Notes: generated from the letters alone by a model not told the origin. A stretch of DNA of 64,000 nt from Anaeromyxobacteraceae bacterium (GCA_047602405.1 JASGHJ010000001.1:320001-384000), one strand, 5' to 3'; numbered from the stretch's first letter, positions 9,646 to 18,886 are shown. Program-made: numbers and translations.

Positions 9646-12207
9646 CTACTTCGCGGCGTCGATCAGCGTCTGCCGCCCGTTCGCGAACACGCCCGGCGTG
9701 AAGCCGTTCACGGAGGCGTGGTTGCGGAGCGCCCGCTGCATGGCCGGGTCGCTCGACTGGTGGCAGGTCATGCAGGACTGCGCGGACGGGCCGATGAGCA
9801 CGTCGTCGGTCAGGACGTTCCACGGGGCGGCGCCCGGGTCGAGCGTGACGGCCATGGCGGCCAGCGGGTCGGGCAGCCGGTCCACCGCGCCGTCGACGTG
9901 GCACGCGTTGCAGTCGTTGAGGGCGCGCGGGTAGTGGATCCCGCGGACCCGGTGCGGACGCCAGGTGCCCGCGGTGCTGTTGACGAGGCCGGTGTCCTTG
10001 CAGGTGCCGTCGGCGTTGGCGACGGGCACCGTCCCGGTCGCGCTCGAGCCGAAGACCTTGCAGAAGGTGAGCGGACCGTCCTCGGCGTCGACGCAGGAGA
10101 CGCAGTCGGCCGCGGCCGGCCAGTTCTGGACGCCGACGGGCTTGCCGGTGGCGTCGAGCGCGCCGAAGAAGAAGATGCCGTTCGTGCGGTAGTACATGAG
10201 CGGCACCTGCGTCTCGGCGGCGGCGTGGATGGCGTGGACCATCGTGCGCAGGTCGTACGACTCACCCGGCTTGCCGTCGTAGGCCTCGGCCGCGGTGACC
10301 TCGATGTCCACCCGGCGGTTCTTCTCGTTGCCGGCCGGGTTGTGGCACATCACGCACAGCTCGATGCTGTCCACGCGGCTGCCGCCGTGCTGGTACAGCG
10401 TCCCGACGTGGCAGGCGTTGCACTTCTCCACCTCCACGACCTGGCGGCGCGCGGCCGCGGGCAGTGCGCCGTCCGCGACGAGGAACTCGCGGGTCGGGGT
10501 CTTCGCGCGGACCCACACGACGTTGCCGTTGCCGGCGAACTTCACCTGCGGCTTGCCCTGGAGGGCGACGATCCCGCGGGTGGCCGCGGTGGTCTGGACC
10601 GGCACCACGGTCTTCGCGACCTTGTTCGCGTCGCAGGTGGTGTTGGTCGAGGCGAGCGTCGTCGAGCCGGCCGGCTGGCCGGGCACCGTGGCGCCGGTGA
10701 GGGCGTCGTTCACCCAGTCGTCACCGAGCGCGTAGGCGCGGAGGATGCTCATCGTGCTGCCGCAGCCCGCGGTGGTGTTGGTGCAGCCCTCGGTGGCGCC
10801 CGTCTTGCCGAAGAAGACCGGGCCCACCGCGTAGTCGGCGTTGCACGGGTCGTACTTCGCGTTCGCGTTCGTCGGATTGGAGGCGGTCCAGGTGATCTCG
10901 AGGTTCGTGCCGACCTTCGCGACGCCGGTGATGGCGAGCGCGAACTTCTTCGCGAGCACCATCGACTGGTCGGCGCCGTCCCAGATGAGGCCCGCGCGTT
11001 CGGTGACGAGGCCGTTGTGGAACTCGCCGAGGGTCTTCCTCACGCTGCCGGTGTGGCAGGTCGTGCAGTCGGTGGCCGACGTGACGCTGCCGTGGACGGT
11101 GAGCATCGCCGCGGACATCCCGAAGCCGTCGATGCCGTCGTGGCAGGAGATGCAGAGCGCGTACGAGATCGGCGCGTTCCGCACGGCGTCGAGGCGCGCC
11201 GGCGTGTCGTGGCACGTCGCGCAGTTCGGCATGTTGCCGGGGAAGCCGACCGCGAAGTCGAACTTGTTCCCGTTGGTCCAGGTGAACGTGTACTTCCCGT
11301 CGGGCATGTTGAGGGAGTTGTGCACGCCGTGCACGATGCCCATCAGGCCGGTGCCGGCCCCGGGGAGCCGCGGGTCGGCGCTGCCGGTGCGGTTGTGGCA
11401 CACGACGCACGGGCCGACGCCCTGCGGATTCGTCACGTCGTGGGCCGCGCCGCGCCAGACGTGGTTGCCGTGGCAGTCGATGCAGACCTGATCGCCGACC
11501 ACGTCGTTCGGGCGGTCGCCGTAGCTCGCCACCACGGTCGCCGTCATCTCGTTCGGGCCCATCGCGCTGAGCATGAACGTCGTCCCGGCGGCGGGCACGG
11601 CGGTGAAGCCGGTGACGGTCGCGGTGTAGTTGCCGTTGCCGTTCGGCGCGATGGTCCAGGCGTAGCCGCCCTGGAGCTTGGTCCGGACGCCCGCGTGCTG
11701 CGCGGCGTCCCACACCCAGAACGCGTCCTCGTTGTGGGCGCGCAGGTCGGACGCCTTCGACAGGAAGTCGATGCGGGGCACGCCGCCGACCCGGACGTTG
11801 TACCGGACGGTGACGGCGAAGGTCGTCGGGTTCACCTCGACCGCGGGGAGCTGGATCGAGGGCGTGCCCGCGTTGCCGTCGTGGTCGACCAGCGCGGGGG
11901 CGCCGGCCGCGGTCCAGTGCTGGGGCTTCGTCGCGACCGCGTCGTTGCCCTGCACCGCGTGCCTGGAGCCCGCGCCGTCGTGGCAGCCGGCGCAGTTCTC
12001 GGTCATCGAGACCGGGGCCGGCGTGCCCGGGTCACCCTTGGGCCCGGTGGGGCCGGTCGGCCCGGTGGGACCGGTCGGGCCCGTGGCGCCCGGGGCGCCG
12101 TTCTGGCCGGTGAGGCCGTCCTTGCCGTCGGCGCCGGAACAGCCGGCGATCACGAGCGCGCCCGCGGCCAGCATCGCGAGCGCGCGCTTCGAGCTCATCT
12201 TGGTCAT
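9646..12207 (-). CDS. OmcA/MtrC-family decaheme cytochrome lipoprotein (cytochrome 4)
   Basis: Start MTKMSSKRAL with GGAGAA SD; lipobox VIAGC; 13 GXY; ten CXXCH; C-terminal half clearly paralogous to cytochrome 3 (YQHGGxRVDSIELCVMCHNPA). Confidence 0.92.
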   Translation of the reverse strand: MTKMSSKRALAMLAAGALVIAGCSGADGKDGLTGQNGAPGATGPTGPTGPTGPTGPKGDPGTPAPVSMTENCAGCHDGAGSRHAVQGNDAVATKPQHWTAAGAPALVDHDGNAGTPSIQLPAVEVNPTTFAVTVRYNVRVGGVPRIDFLSKASDLRAHNEDAFWVWDAAQHAGVRTKLQGGYAWTIAPNGNGNYTATVTGFTAVPAAGTTFMLSAMGPNEMTATVVASYGDRPNDVVGDQVCIDCHGNHVWRGAAHDVTNPQGVGPCVVCHNRTGSADPRLPGAGTGLMGIVHGVHNSLNMPDGKYTFTWTNGNKFDFAVGFPGNMPNCATCHDTPARLDAVRNAPISYALCISCHDGIDGFGMSAAMLTVHGSVTSATDCTTCHTGSVRKTLGEFHNGLVTERAGLIWDGADQSMVLAKKFALAITGVAKVGTNLEITWTASNPTNANAKYDPCNADYAVGPVFFGKTGATEGCTNTTAGCGSTMSILRAYALGDDWVNDALTGATVPGQPAGSTTLASTNTTCDANKVAKTVVPVQTTAATRGIVALQGKPQVKFAGNGNVVWVRAKTPTREFLVADGALPAAARRQVVEVEKCNACHVGTLYQHGGSRVDSIELCVMCHNPAGNEKNRRVDIEVTAAEAYDGKPGESYDLRTMVHAIHAAAETQVPLMYYRTNGIFFFGALDATGKPVGVQNWPAAADCVSCVDAEDGPLTFCKVFGSSATGTVPVANADGTCKDTGLVNSTAGTWRPHRVRGIHYPRALNDCNACHVDGAVDRLPDPLAAMAVTLDPGAAPWNVLTDDVLIGPSAQSCMTCHQSSDPAMQRALRNHASVNGFTPGVFANGRQTLIDAAK

Positions 12208-12277
12208 CGAGCATTCTCCGAGCAATAGGGGAGGCTACTTCACTGATCGTCCGTGGAACCCCCGGTACAACCCGGGC

Positions 12278-12307
12278 ATGAGGCGCCTCCTGCACCCGGA
12301 TGGTCAA
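12278..12307 (-). promoter_or_regulatory. Putative promoter TTGACC-N18-CCTCAT of cytochrome 4
   Basis: Variant of the motif upstream of the other three paralogs. Confidence 0.5.
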
Positions 12308-12436
12308 CGCACACGAGGTCGCGCGCGGCGACGCGCACTCACCGTGAGGCTGTGCCTTCGCGACGACCTACGTTTTCTGAAAGTGAACTATGCGTGCACG
12401 GCGGAACGCCGCGCCCGCGCGGGTGATCGAAATGCG

Positions 12437-12463
12437 CGCGGCCGCCCGGATGGGGCGGCCGCG
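12437..12463 (-). terminator. Hairpin downstream of fadJ
   Basis: Perfect 11-bp stem CGCGGCCGCCC/GGGCGGCCGCG, 30 bp after the fadJ stop; weak U tract. Confidence 0.45.
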
Positions 12464-12492
12464 GGTGCGACGCGATGCTGCCGGCGAACCGC

Positions 12493-14669
12493 TCAGCCGT
12501 GGAACGGCTTCGCGGCCCTGCCCTTCTCGACCAGGAGCGGCGCCGGGGCGAACCGCTCGCCGTGCTTCGCGCGCAGCCGCTCCATGCGCTCGAGGAGCGC
12601 ACCCGTGCCGACCGAGTCCGCCCACCGGAACGGCCCGCCCAGGAACGGCGGGAAGCCGAGGCCGAACACCGCGCCGATGTCGCCGTCGCGGGCGCTGCGG
12701 AGGATGCCCTCACCCAGGCAGAGGATCGCCTCGTTGACCATCTGGAGCGCGACGCGCTCGCGGATCTCCTCGTGAGGGATCTCTTGCGGGTGCGACCGCC
12801 CGGCAACAGGTCGTACACGGTCTCGTCGACGCGCTTCTCCTTGTCGTCGTACGTGTAGAAGCCCTTCCTGTTCTTCCGGCCCAGGCGCCCTGCCGCGACG
12901 ACGTCGTGCAGCGCCTCGGGCGGCGTCATGCGCGCGCCGAAGGCGCCGTGCAGGATCTTGCCGACCTTGTCGCCGACGTCGATGCCGACCTCGTCGAGGA
13001 GCGTGATCGGGCCGACCGGGAAGCCGAACTCGACGAGCGCGCGGTCGAGGTCCTCGATCGCGGCGCCCTCCACGAGGAGCTGCGCGGCCTCGTTCATGTA
13101 CGGCCCGAGGATGCGGCTCGTGTAGAAGCCCGGGCCGTCCCGCACCACGATGACGGTCTTCCCCTGCTTCTTGCCCACCGCCACCGCGGTCGCCGTCGCC
13201 TCCGGGGAGGTCCGGTCGGTGACGATGATCTCGAGGAGCGGCATCTTGTTGACCGGCGAGAAGTAGTGCATCCCGAGCACGGTCTCGGGGTGCCTCGACG
13301 CCTTCGCGATGTCGCCGATCGGGATCGACGAGGTGTTCGACGCGAAGATGCCGGTCGGGTTCACCTCCTCGAACGCCTTCACCATCGCCTGCTTGAGCGC
13401 GAGGTCCTCGAAGACCGCCTCGATCAGCACCTCGGTGGCCGCGAAGCCGGACCAGTCGGTGGTGGTGGTGAGGAGCCGCATGGTGGCGGCGCGGTCGAGC
13501 TTGTCCATCGACTTGCGCTTCACGCGCTCGTCGAGGATCTGCTTCACCGAGGCGAGCGCCTTCGCGCCGGCCGCGTCGTCCCGCTCGCGCAGGCGCACCG
13601 GGATCCCGGCGCCGACGGTGACGTAGGCGATGCCGGAGCCCATGAGCCCGCCGCCGAGCACGCCCACCGCGTTCACCTTGCGCGGCTTCACCGAGGCGTC
13701 GTCGACGCCGGAGTCCTTCTTGAGCGCGGTGGTCGCGAAGAAGATCTCGATCAGCCGCTTCGCGACCGGGGTGACCGCGAGCTTCCCGAAGGCCCTCGCC
13801 TCGGCGAGGAGCCCCTTCTCCATCCCGCCCGCGTAGCCCTCCTCGACCACGTCGATCGCGGCGAGCGGCGCGGGGTAGTGGCCGCGGGTCTTCTTGAGGA
13901 CCTGCTTGCGCGCCTGGGAGAAGAGCAGCTGGCGGCCGAGGAAGTTCTCCTCGAGGGCCAGCTGCGTCGCCCGCTCCATGGCGCCCTTCTTCGGCGGCGG
14001 CGGGCGGCGGAACTTGCCCTCGCCGATGGCGCGGGCGCGCTCGCGCGCCACCTGGACGAGGAGCGCGGGCGGGACGACCTCGTCCACGAGCCCGAGCCGG
14101 AGCGCCTTCTTCGCCTTCACGCTCTTGCCGGCGAGGATGATGTCGAGCGCGGCGGCGATGCCGATGAGGCGGGGCAGCCGCTGGGTGCCGCCCGCGCCGG
14201 GGATGAGGCCGAGCTGGGTCTCGGGGAGGCCGAGCTGCGTCTTCGGATCGGACGAGGCGATGCGGTACTGGCACGCGAGCGCCCACTCGAGGCCGCCGCC
14301 CAGCGCCGCGCCGTGGATCGCGGCGATCACCGGCTTCTTCGAGGCGGCGAGGCGGTCGAAGCCGAGCTGGCCCTCGCGCGAGAGCTGCTCGGCCTCCTCG
14401 GCGGTCTCGACCGCCTGGAGCATGTCGATCTTCGCGCCGGCGATGAAGCCTTCCTTCTTGCCGCTCGTGAAGACGATGCCCTTCACCGCGGCGTCGCCCT
14501 GGAGCTGCTCGAGGATCGCCGCGAACTCGGCGCCCACGCCCGGCTCGACCACGTTCAGGGTCTCGCCGGGCTCGTCGAGCCAGAGGGTGGCGACGCCGTC
14601 CGCCACCTCCACCTTGAAGTTCTTCCAGCCGCCCGCCGCCTGCTTCGCCTGCGCCGTCGCCGTCGTCAT
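12493..14669 (-). CDS. fadJ: Fatty acid oxidation complex subunit alpha (enoyl-CoA hydratase/3-hydroxyacyl-CoA dehydrogenase); frameshift at ~12783
   Basis: ALGGGLEWAL, LPETQLGLIPGAGGTQRLPRL, GGGLMGSG, MHYFSPV. The C-terminus (EIRERVALQMVNEA...GFPPFLGGPF) continues in another frame after one missing base. Confidence 0.93.
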
Positions 14670-14684
14670 GGTCGGGTCTCCCTG

Positions 14685-15989
14685 CTAGTCGCGCTCGAGG
14701 ACGAGGACCGCGCCGAGGGCGCCCGCGGCGCAGACCGTCAGCATCGCGGTGTGGCCGTCGCGCCGCTCGAGCTCGCGGAGCGTCTGGGTGATCATGCGCG
14801 CGCCGGTCGCCGCGAAGGGGTGGCCGATCGCGATCGAGCCGCCGTTCACGTTGAGCTTCGCGGGGTCGACCTCGCCGAGGGGCTCCTTGCGGCCGAGCTC
14901 CTTCTCCGCGAAGTCCTTCGAGGCGAACGCCTTCAGGTTCGAGAGCACCTGGGCGGCGAAGGCCTCGTGCATGTCCACGAGGTCGAGATCCTGGAGCTTC
15001 AGGCCCGCGCGCTCGAGCGCGATGGGCGCCGCGTAGGCCGGACCCTGCAGGAGCTGGTCCTTCGGGTCGAGCGCGGCGTAGGCCCAGCTCCTGATGTAGC
15101 CGAGGGGCTTCAACCCCAGCGCCTTCGCCTTCTCCTCGGCCATCACGATCACCGCCGCGGCGCCGTCGGTGAGCGGCGAGGCGTTGCCGGCGGTGATGGA
15201 GCCGTAGCGCTTGTCGAAGACGGGCCTGAGCTGCGAGAGCGCCTCGACGGTGGTGTCCTTGCGGACGATGTTGTCCTTCGCGGCGACCCGCTCGTACCTC
15301 GGCGGCACCGCGACGTGCATCACCTCGGCGTCGAACTTGCCCGCCTCCCAGGCGGCGGCCGCGCGCCGGTGGCTCTCGTAGGCGAGCCGGTCCTGGCTCT
15401 CGCGGGAGATGCCGTTCTTCTGCGCCATCTGCTCGGCGCTCTCGCCCATGGTGAGGCCGGTGGTGGGCTCCTTCAGCGCCGGGGGTACCGGGGTGAAGTC
15501 CTTCGGGCGGAGCGTGGAGAGGATCTTGAGGCGGTCGGGGACCGTCTTCGCCCTCGAGAGCTCGACGAGCGTCTGGGCGAGGGTGCGGGTCGCGAAGATG
15601 GGCGCATCCGAGATCGACTCGGCGCCGCCGGCGATGGCGACGTCGGAGTTGCCGAGCGCGATCTGCGAGGCGGCGTCGGTGGCGGCCTGGATCGAGGTGG
15701 CGCACGCCCGGGCGACGGTGTTCGCCTGCACCGAGCGCGGGAGCTGGCTGCGCAGCACCATCTCGCGCCCGATCAGCGTCACGTTCACGGACGGCACGAC
15801 CTGCCCGAAGATCACCGAGTCGAACTCCTTCGGCGCGATCCCGCTGCGCACCACGAGCTCGTTCACGACCGCGGCGCCGAGGTCGACGGCCGACAGGTCC
15901 TTGAACTCGGTGCCCGCCTTCACGAAGGGCGTCCTGAGGCCCATGACGACCGCGGCCCGCCGGCCCGCGGGGATTCGGTTCTGGCCCAT
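14685..15989 (-). CDS. fadI: 3-ketoacyl-CoA thiolase
   Basis: RTPFVK, RACATS, MHEAFAAQ, GGSIAIGHPFAATG, VCAAG; adjacent to fadJ. Confidence 0.93.
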   Translation of the reverse strand: MGQNRIPAGRRAAVVMGLRTPFVKAGTEFKDLSAVDLGAAVVNELVVRSGIAPKEFDSVIFGQVVPSVNVTLIGREMVLRSQLPRSVQANTVARACATSIQAATDAASQIALGNSDVAIAGGAESISDAPIFATRTLAQTLVELSRAKTVPDRLKILSTLRPKDFTPVPPALKEPTTGLTMGESAEQMAQKNGISRESQDRLAYESHRRAAAAWEAGKFDAEVMHVAVPPRYERVAAKDNIVRKDTTVEALSQLRPVFDKRYGSITAGNASPLTDGAAAVIVMAEEKAKALGLKPLGYIRSWAYAALDPKDQLLQGPAYAAPIALERAGLKLQDLDLVDMHEAFAAQVLSNLKAFASKDFAEKELGRKEPLGEVDPAKLNVNGGSIAIGHPFAATGARMITQTLRELERRDGHTAMLTVCAAGALGAVLVLERD

Positions 15990-16032
15990 GGTCAGCTCCG
16001 CTGATTCTGGAATCGGTTGGACTGCGACATTC

Positions 16033-16062
16033 TTACTAGGGGCCTTAGCGCACCGTGTCAAC
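16033..16062 (-). promoter_or_regulatory. Putative sigma70 promoter of fadIJ
   Basis: TTGACA-N18-TAGTAA on the minus strand in an AT-richer patch. Confidence 0.45.
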
Positions 16063-16144
16063 GACGGCGGCAGGCAGGCCCCTGCCGGGTCTCCTGCGGG
16101 GGTCCGGGGTTGCGCCGGCCCTTCCTCGCGGCCAAGGGAATGGG

Positions 16145-16594
16145 ATGAAGCGCTCCCGAGCCCTCCGGCCGCTCTCGTCCGAGCACCACCAGGCATTGCT
16201 CGTCGCGTTCAAGGTCCGGAAGGCCCTCGCCGGGCACGCCGAGGCCGCCGGCGCGCCCCGCGACCTGCCCGGGCTCGTGCAGCTCGTCCGGCGCTTCGAC
16301 GAGCAGCTCCTGACGCCGCACACGAAGGCCGAGGAGGAGCTCCTCGGCGCGTACCTGACCGAGGGCGACATGGCCCGGCTGCGCGAGGAGCACCTCGAGC
16401 TGCGCCGGCTCGCGGCGGCTGCACGGACCGCCCAGGGGGACGACGCCCGTCACCACCTCTCTGCCTTCGCGGACCTGCTCGAGCGCCACGTGCGCTGGGA
16501 GGAGCGCGACCTCTTCCCGTATGCGGAGGATCACGTCGACCCCGCCACGCTCGAGGGGATCGGCGGGGAGATCGAGAAGCGGCTGGTGCGTTAG
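16145..16594 (+). CDS. Hemerythrin (HHE) domain protein
   Basis: LSSEHHQAL, HTKAEEE, EEH, HVRWEERDLFP. Confidence 0.8.
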   Translation: MKRSRALRPLSSEHHQALLVAFKVRKALAGHAEAAGAPRDLPGLVQLVRRFDEQLLTPHTKAEEELLGAYLTEGDMARLREEHLELRRLAAAARTAQGDDARHHLSAFADLLERHVRWEERDLFPYAEDHVDPATLEGIGGEIEKRLVR

Positions 16595-16657
16595 GGCGTC
16601 CCTCGTCTCCGGGCCCGCTGCGCGGGCCCTACGGCCGGGACGGACGGATGCTGGACC

Positions 16658-17635
16658 TCAATCGCTGGATTCGGAGGGCCCGCCGCTCTTCGCGACGTCC
16701 TCGGCCTTGATCTTCCCGGGGTCCATGCCCGAGGCGCGCTTCGTCATCGTCTCCAGGAGCTCGTCGAAGGGCGGCACGCTGCCCTTCATGAACCGGAGCG
16801 GGTTGATGCGCGCGACCACGAAGGCCTTCAGGTAGGGCGAGTCGAAGCCCTTCGCCTTGAGCCGCTCGACCGCGCCCGCGACCGCGTCGTCGAGCCCGAG
16901 CACGAGCTTCGCCCGGCGCTCGCGCTCCTCGAGCGCCTTCGAGCACTTCTGGTCGAGGAAGCCGTCGATCTTCTTCAGCACCGGCGAGTACGCGCCGCCG
17001 GAGAGCCGGCCGCGCTGCTCGTAGCAGAACCCGAGCGTCACGAGCGAGGGCTCCTCGAACTCGAGGGCCATCTCGGACTCCTTCGGGTCGAGGGAGCCGG
17101 CGAGGTCGCGGTACATCCGCACGACCTCGAGCGCCTTCTCGCGGAGGTTGTGCGCCTTCTCGATGTTGAGCGCGAGGATCTGGTAGGCGACGACCTTCTC
17201 CGGCACGACGAGCGCCAGCACCGCCTTCGCGCCGAGCTCCTTGAGCGCGGTGAGGCGGTGGCCGCCGTTCGGCGAGAGGTACCGGTCGCCCTCGCGGATG
17301 CAGATGATGGGGTCGAGGTACCGCTTCGTCTTGTCCATCGCGAGCGTCAGCTTGCGCACGTGGGCGTCGGAGACGTCGCGCTGGAAGACGGTGCGGTCGA
17401 CCTTCTCGATGGGGAGCGACGCGAAGAGGAGCGGGTTCCCGCCGAGCGGCTCCCGGTACGCGGCGAGCACCGCCCCGCCGTCCGCCTCGATCGCCTCGGC
17501 GAGCGCCGCGACCTCGGACGGCCGCTCGGCGAGCACGAGCTCCTTCGGGCCGAGCTCGGTCGGCTTCAGCTTCACGCCCTTGCGGGCGCGGGGGCGCCCG
17601 CTCTTCGTCACCGGCCGCTTCTTCGTCGTCGCCAT
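16658..17635 (-). CDS. ParB/Srx N-terminal domain protein (orphan)
   Basis: FQRD...YLDPII...YLSPNGGHRLTAL...ALN; basic N-terminus. Confidence 0.75.
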   Translation of the reverse strand: MATTKKRPVTKSGRPRARKGVKLKPTELGPKELVLAERPSEVAALAEAIEADGGAVLAAYREPLGGNPLLFASLPIEKVDRTVFQRDVSDAHVRKLTLAMDKTKRYLDPIICIREGDRYLSPNGGHRLTALKELGAKAVLALVVPEKVVAYQILALNIEKAHNLREKALEVVRMYRDLAGSLDPKESEMALEFEEPSLVTLGFCYEQRGRLSGGAYSPVLKKIDGFLDQKCSKALEERERRAKLVLGLDDAVAGAVERLKAKGFDSPYLKAFVVARINPLRFMKGSVPPFDELLETMTKRASGMDPGKIKAEDVAKSGGPSESSD

Positions 17636-17648
17636 GCCCTCGATTCTA

Positions 17649-18842
17649 AACGACCGTTCGTGATTCGCGATCAGCGGCAAGGCCGCGGACCGCAGGGAGA
17701 AAGTTGAAAGGGAAGGTCAACCCATCGATCGTTGCGGTTGCGAGACCAGCAGCGAACTCGGAGGAGACCTTCCCGTGCACAACATACCGCGGCTCGATCG
17801 TGCCGTGCGACGCAGACTGATCCGCCGCGCCAAGAAGACCAAGGACCCGCACACCGCCCTCCGCTTCCTCATGATCGCCAAGCTCGGACAAGGACTCTCT
17901 CGACAGCAGGTCGCCCGCGACCTCGCCTGCGTCCCGTCCACCGTGGTGAAGGCGGCGCAGCGGTTCGCCGACGCTGGGGAGGAGGGCCTGCTCGACCAGC
18001 GCGCCTTCAACGGCGTCCGCAAGGTGGACCTCCGGTTCAAGGAAGAGCTCGAGCGGGTTCTGCACTCGGTCCCGACCGAGTTCGGCTGGCAGCGCACGAC
18101 CTGGACCCGCGAGCTGCTCGGCTGCGAGTTGGAGCGGCGCCAGCTCCCGCGAGTGGCTCCGTGCACGATGGGCCGGGCGCTCTCCGCGATCGGGGCGCGG
18201 CTCAGGATGCCGAAGCCGACGGTCGCCTGCCCCTGGGAAACAGGTCGCAGGAAGCGCGTGCTGGCGAGGTTGCGTCGCGTCGCCAAGAACGCCACGCCGG
18301 AGGAGCCGGTCTTCTACGAGGACGAGATGGACGTCCATCTCAACCCGAAGATCGGTCGCGACTGGATGCCGAGAGGGCTCCGGCGCTACGTGCTCACGCC
18401 CGGCCAGAACAGGAAGCGGTTCGTCGCCGGTGCGCTCAACGCCACGACCCGCAGGATGACCTGGGTGGAGGCGCCGACCAAGGCGAGCGAGCTCTTCCAC
18501 AAGCTCGTGTGGAAGCTCCTTGGCGAGTACCGCGCCGCGCGGCGCATCCACCTCATCCTCGACAACTACATCATCCACTCGAGCAAGAAGACGAAGCGCT
18601 TCCTCGCCCAGTTCGGCGACCGCGTCGTGCTGCACTTCCTGCCCCCGTACTGCCCCGACGACAACCGCATTGAGCGCGTGTGGCTCGACCTGCACGCCAA
18701 CGTGACGCGCAATCACCGCTGCAAGACGATCGAGGAACTGATGGTCCAAGTCATCGCCTTCCTGCGCGCCTACAACCAGCGGAAGAAGCTCAACCCTTCA
18801 CTCAAGCTCGCGGCCGGTGTTTCCGGATCGCGATCGGTCGTT
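17649..18842 (+). mobile_element. IS630-family insertion sequence (~1.19 kb) flanked by duplicated TA
   Basis: Imperfect terminal IRs AACGACCGTTCGTGATTCG and AACGACCGATCGCGATCCG (reverse complement); TA at 17647-48 and 18843-44; reconstructed target CTAG. Confidence 0.92.
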
Positions 18843-18845
18843 TAG
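17775..18845 (+). CDS. IS630-family DDE transposase
   Basis: GTG start with GGAGGAG SD; HTH N-terminus; FYEDE, LILDN, LPPYCPDDNRIERVW. Confidence 0.93.
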   Translation: MHNIPRLDRAVRRRLIRRAKKTKDPHTALRFLMIAKLGQGLSRQQVARDLACVPSTVVKAAQRFADAGEEGLLDQRAFNGVRKVDLRFKEELERVLHSVPTEFGWQRTTWTRELLGCELERRQLPRVAPCTMGRALSAIGARLRMPKPTVACPWETGRRKRVLARLRRVAKNATPEEPVFYEDEMDVHLNPKIGRDWMPRGLRRYVLTPGQNRKRFVAGALNATTRRMTWVEAPTKASELFHKLVWKLLGEYRAARRIHLILDNYIIHSSKKTKRFLAQFGDRVVLHFLPPYCPDDNRIERVWLDLHANVTRNHRCKTIEELMVQVIAFLRAYNQRKKLNPSLKLAAGVSGSRSVV

Positions 18846-18886
18846 CGGTAGCGGGCGCGCCGGCGGGGCGCTAGAAGGGGCATTCC

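Noticed and set aside
10093..10104. CVSC as an eleventh heme site in cytochrome 4
   Set aside because: Followed by Val rather than His; more likely part of a disulfide loop.
12383..12399. GTGAAC-N5-GTGCAC as a Rex/FNR site
   Set aside because: Spacing does not match the Rex or FNR consensus and it is not repeated before the other paralogs.
12493..14669. fadJ, gdh, clpB and cytochrome 1 as pseudogenes or programmed frameshifts
   Set aside because: Single indels at a common GATC context, no further decay and no slippery heptamers; an artefact is more parsimonious.
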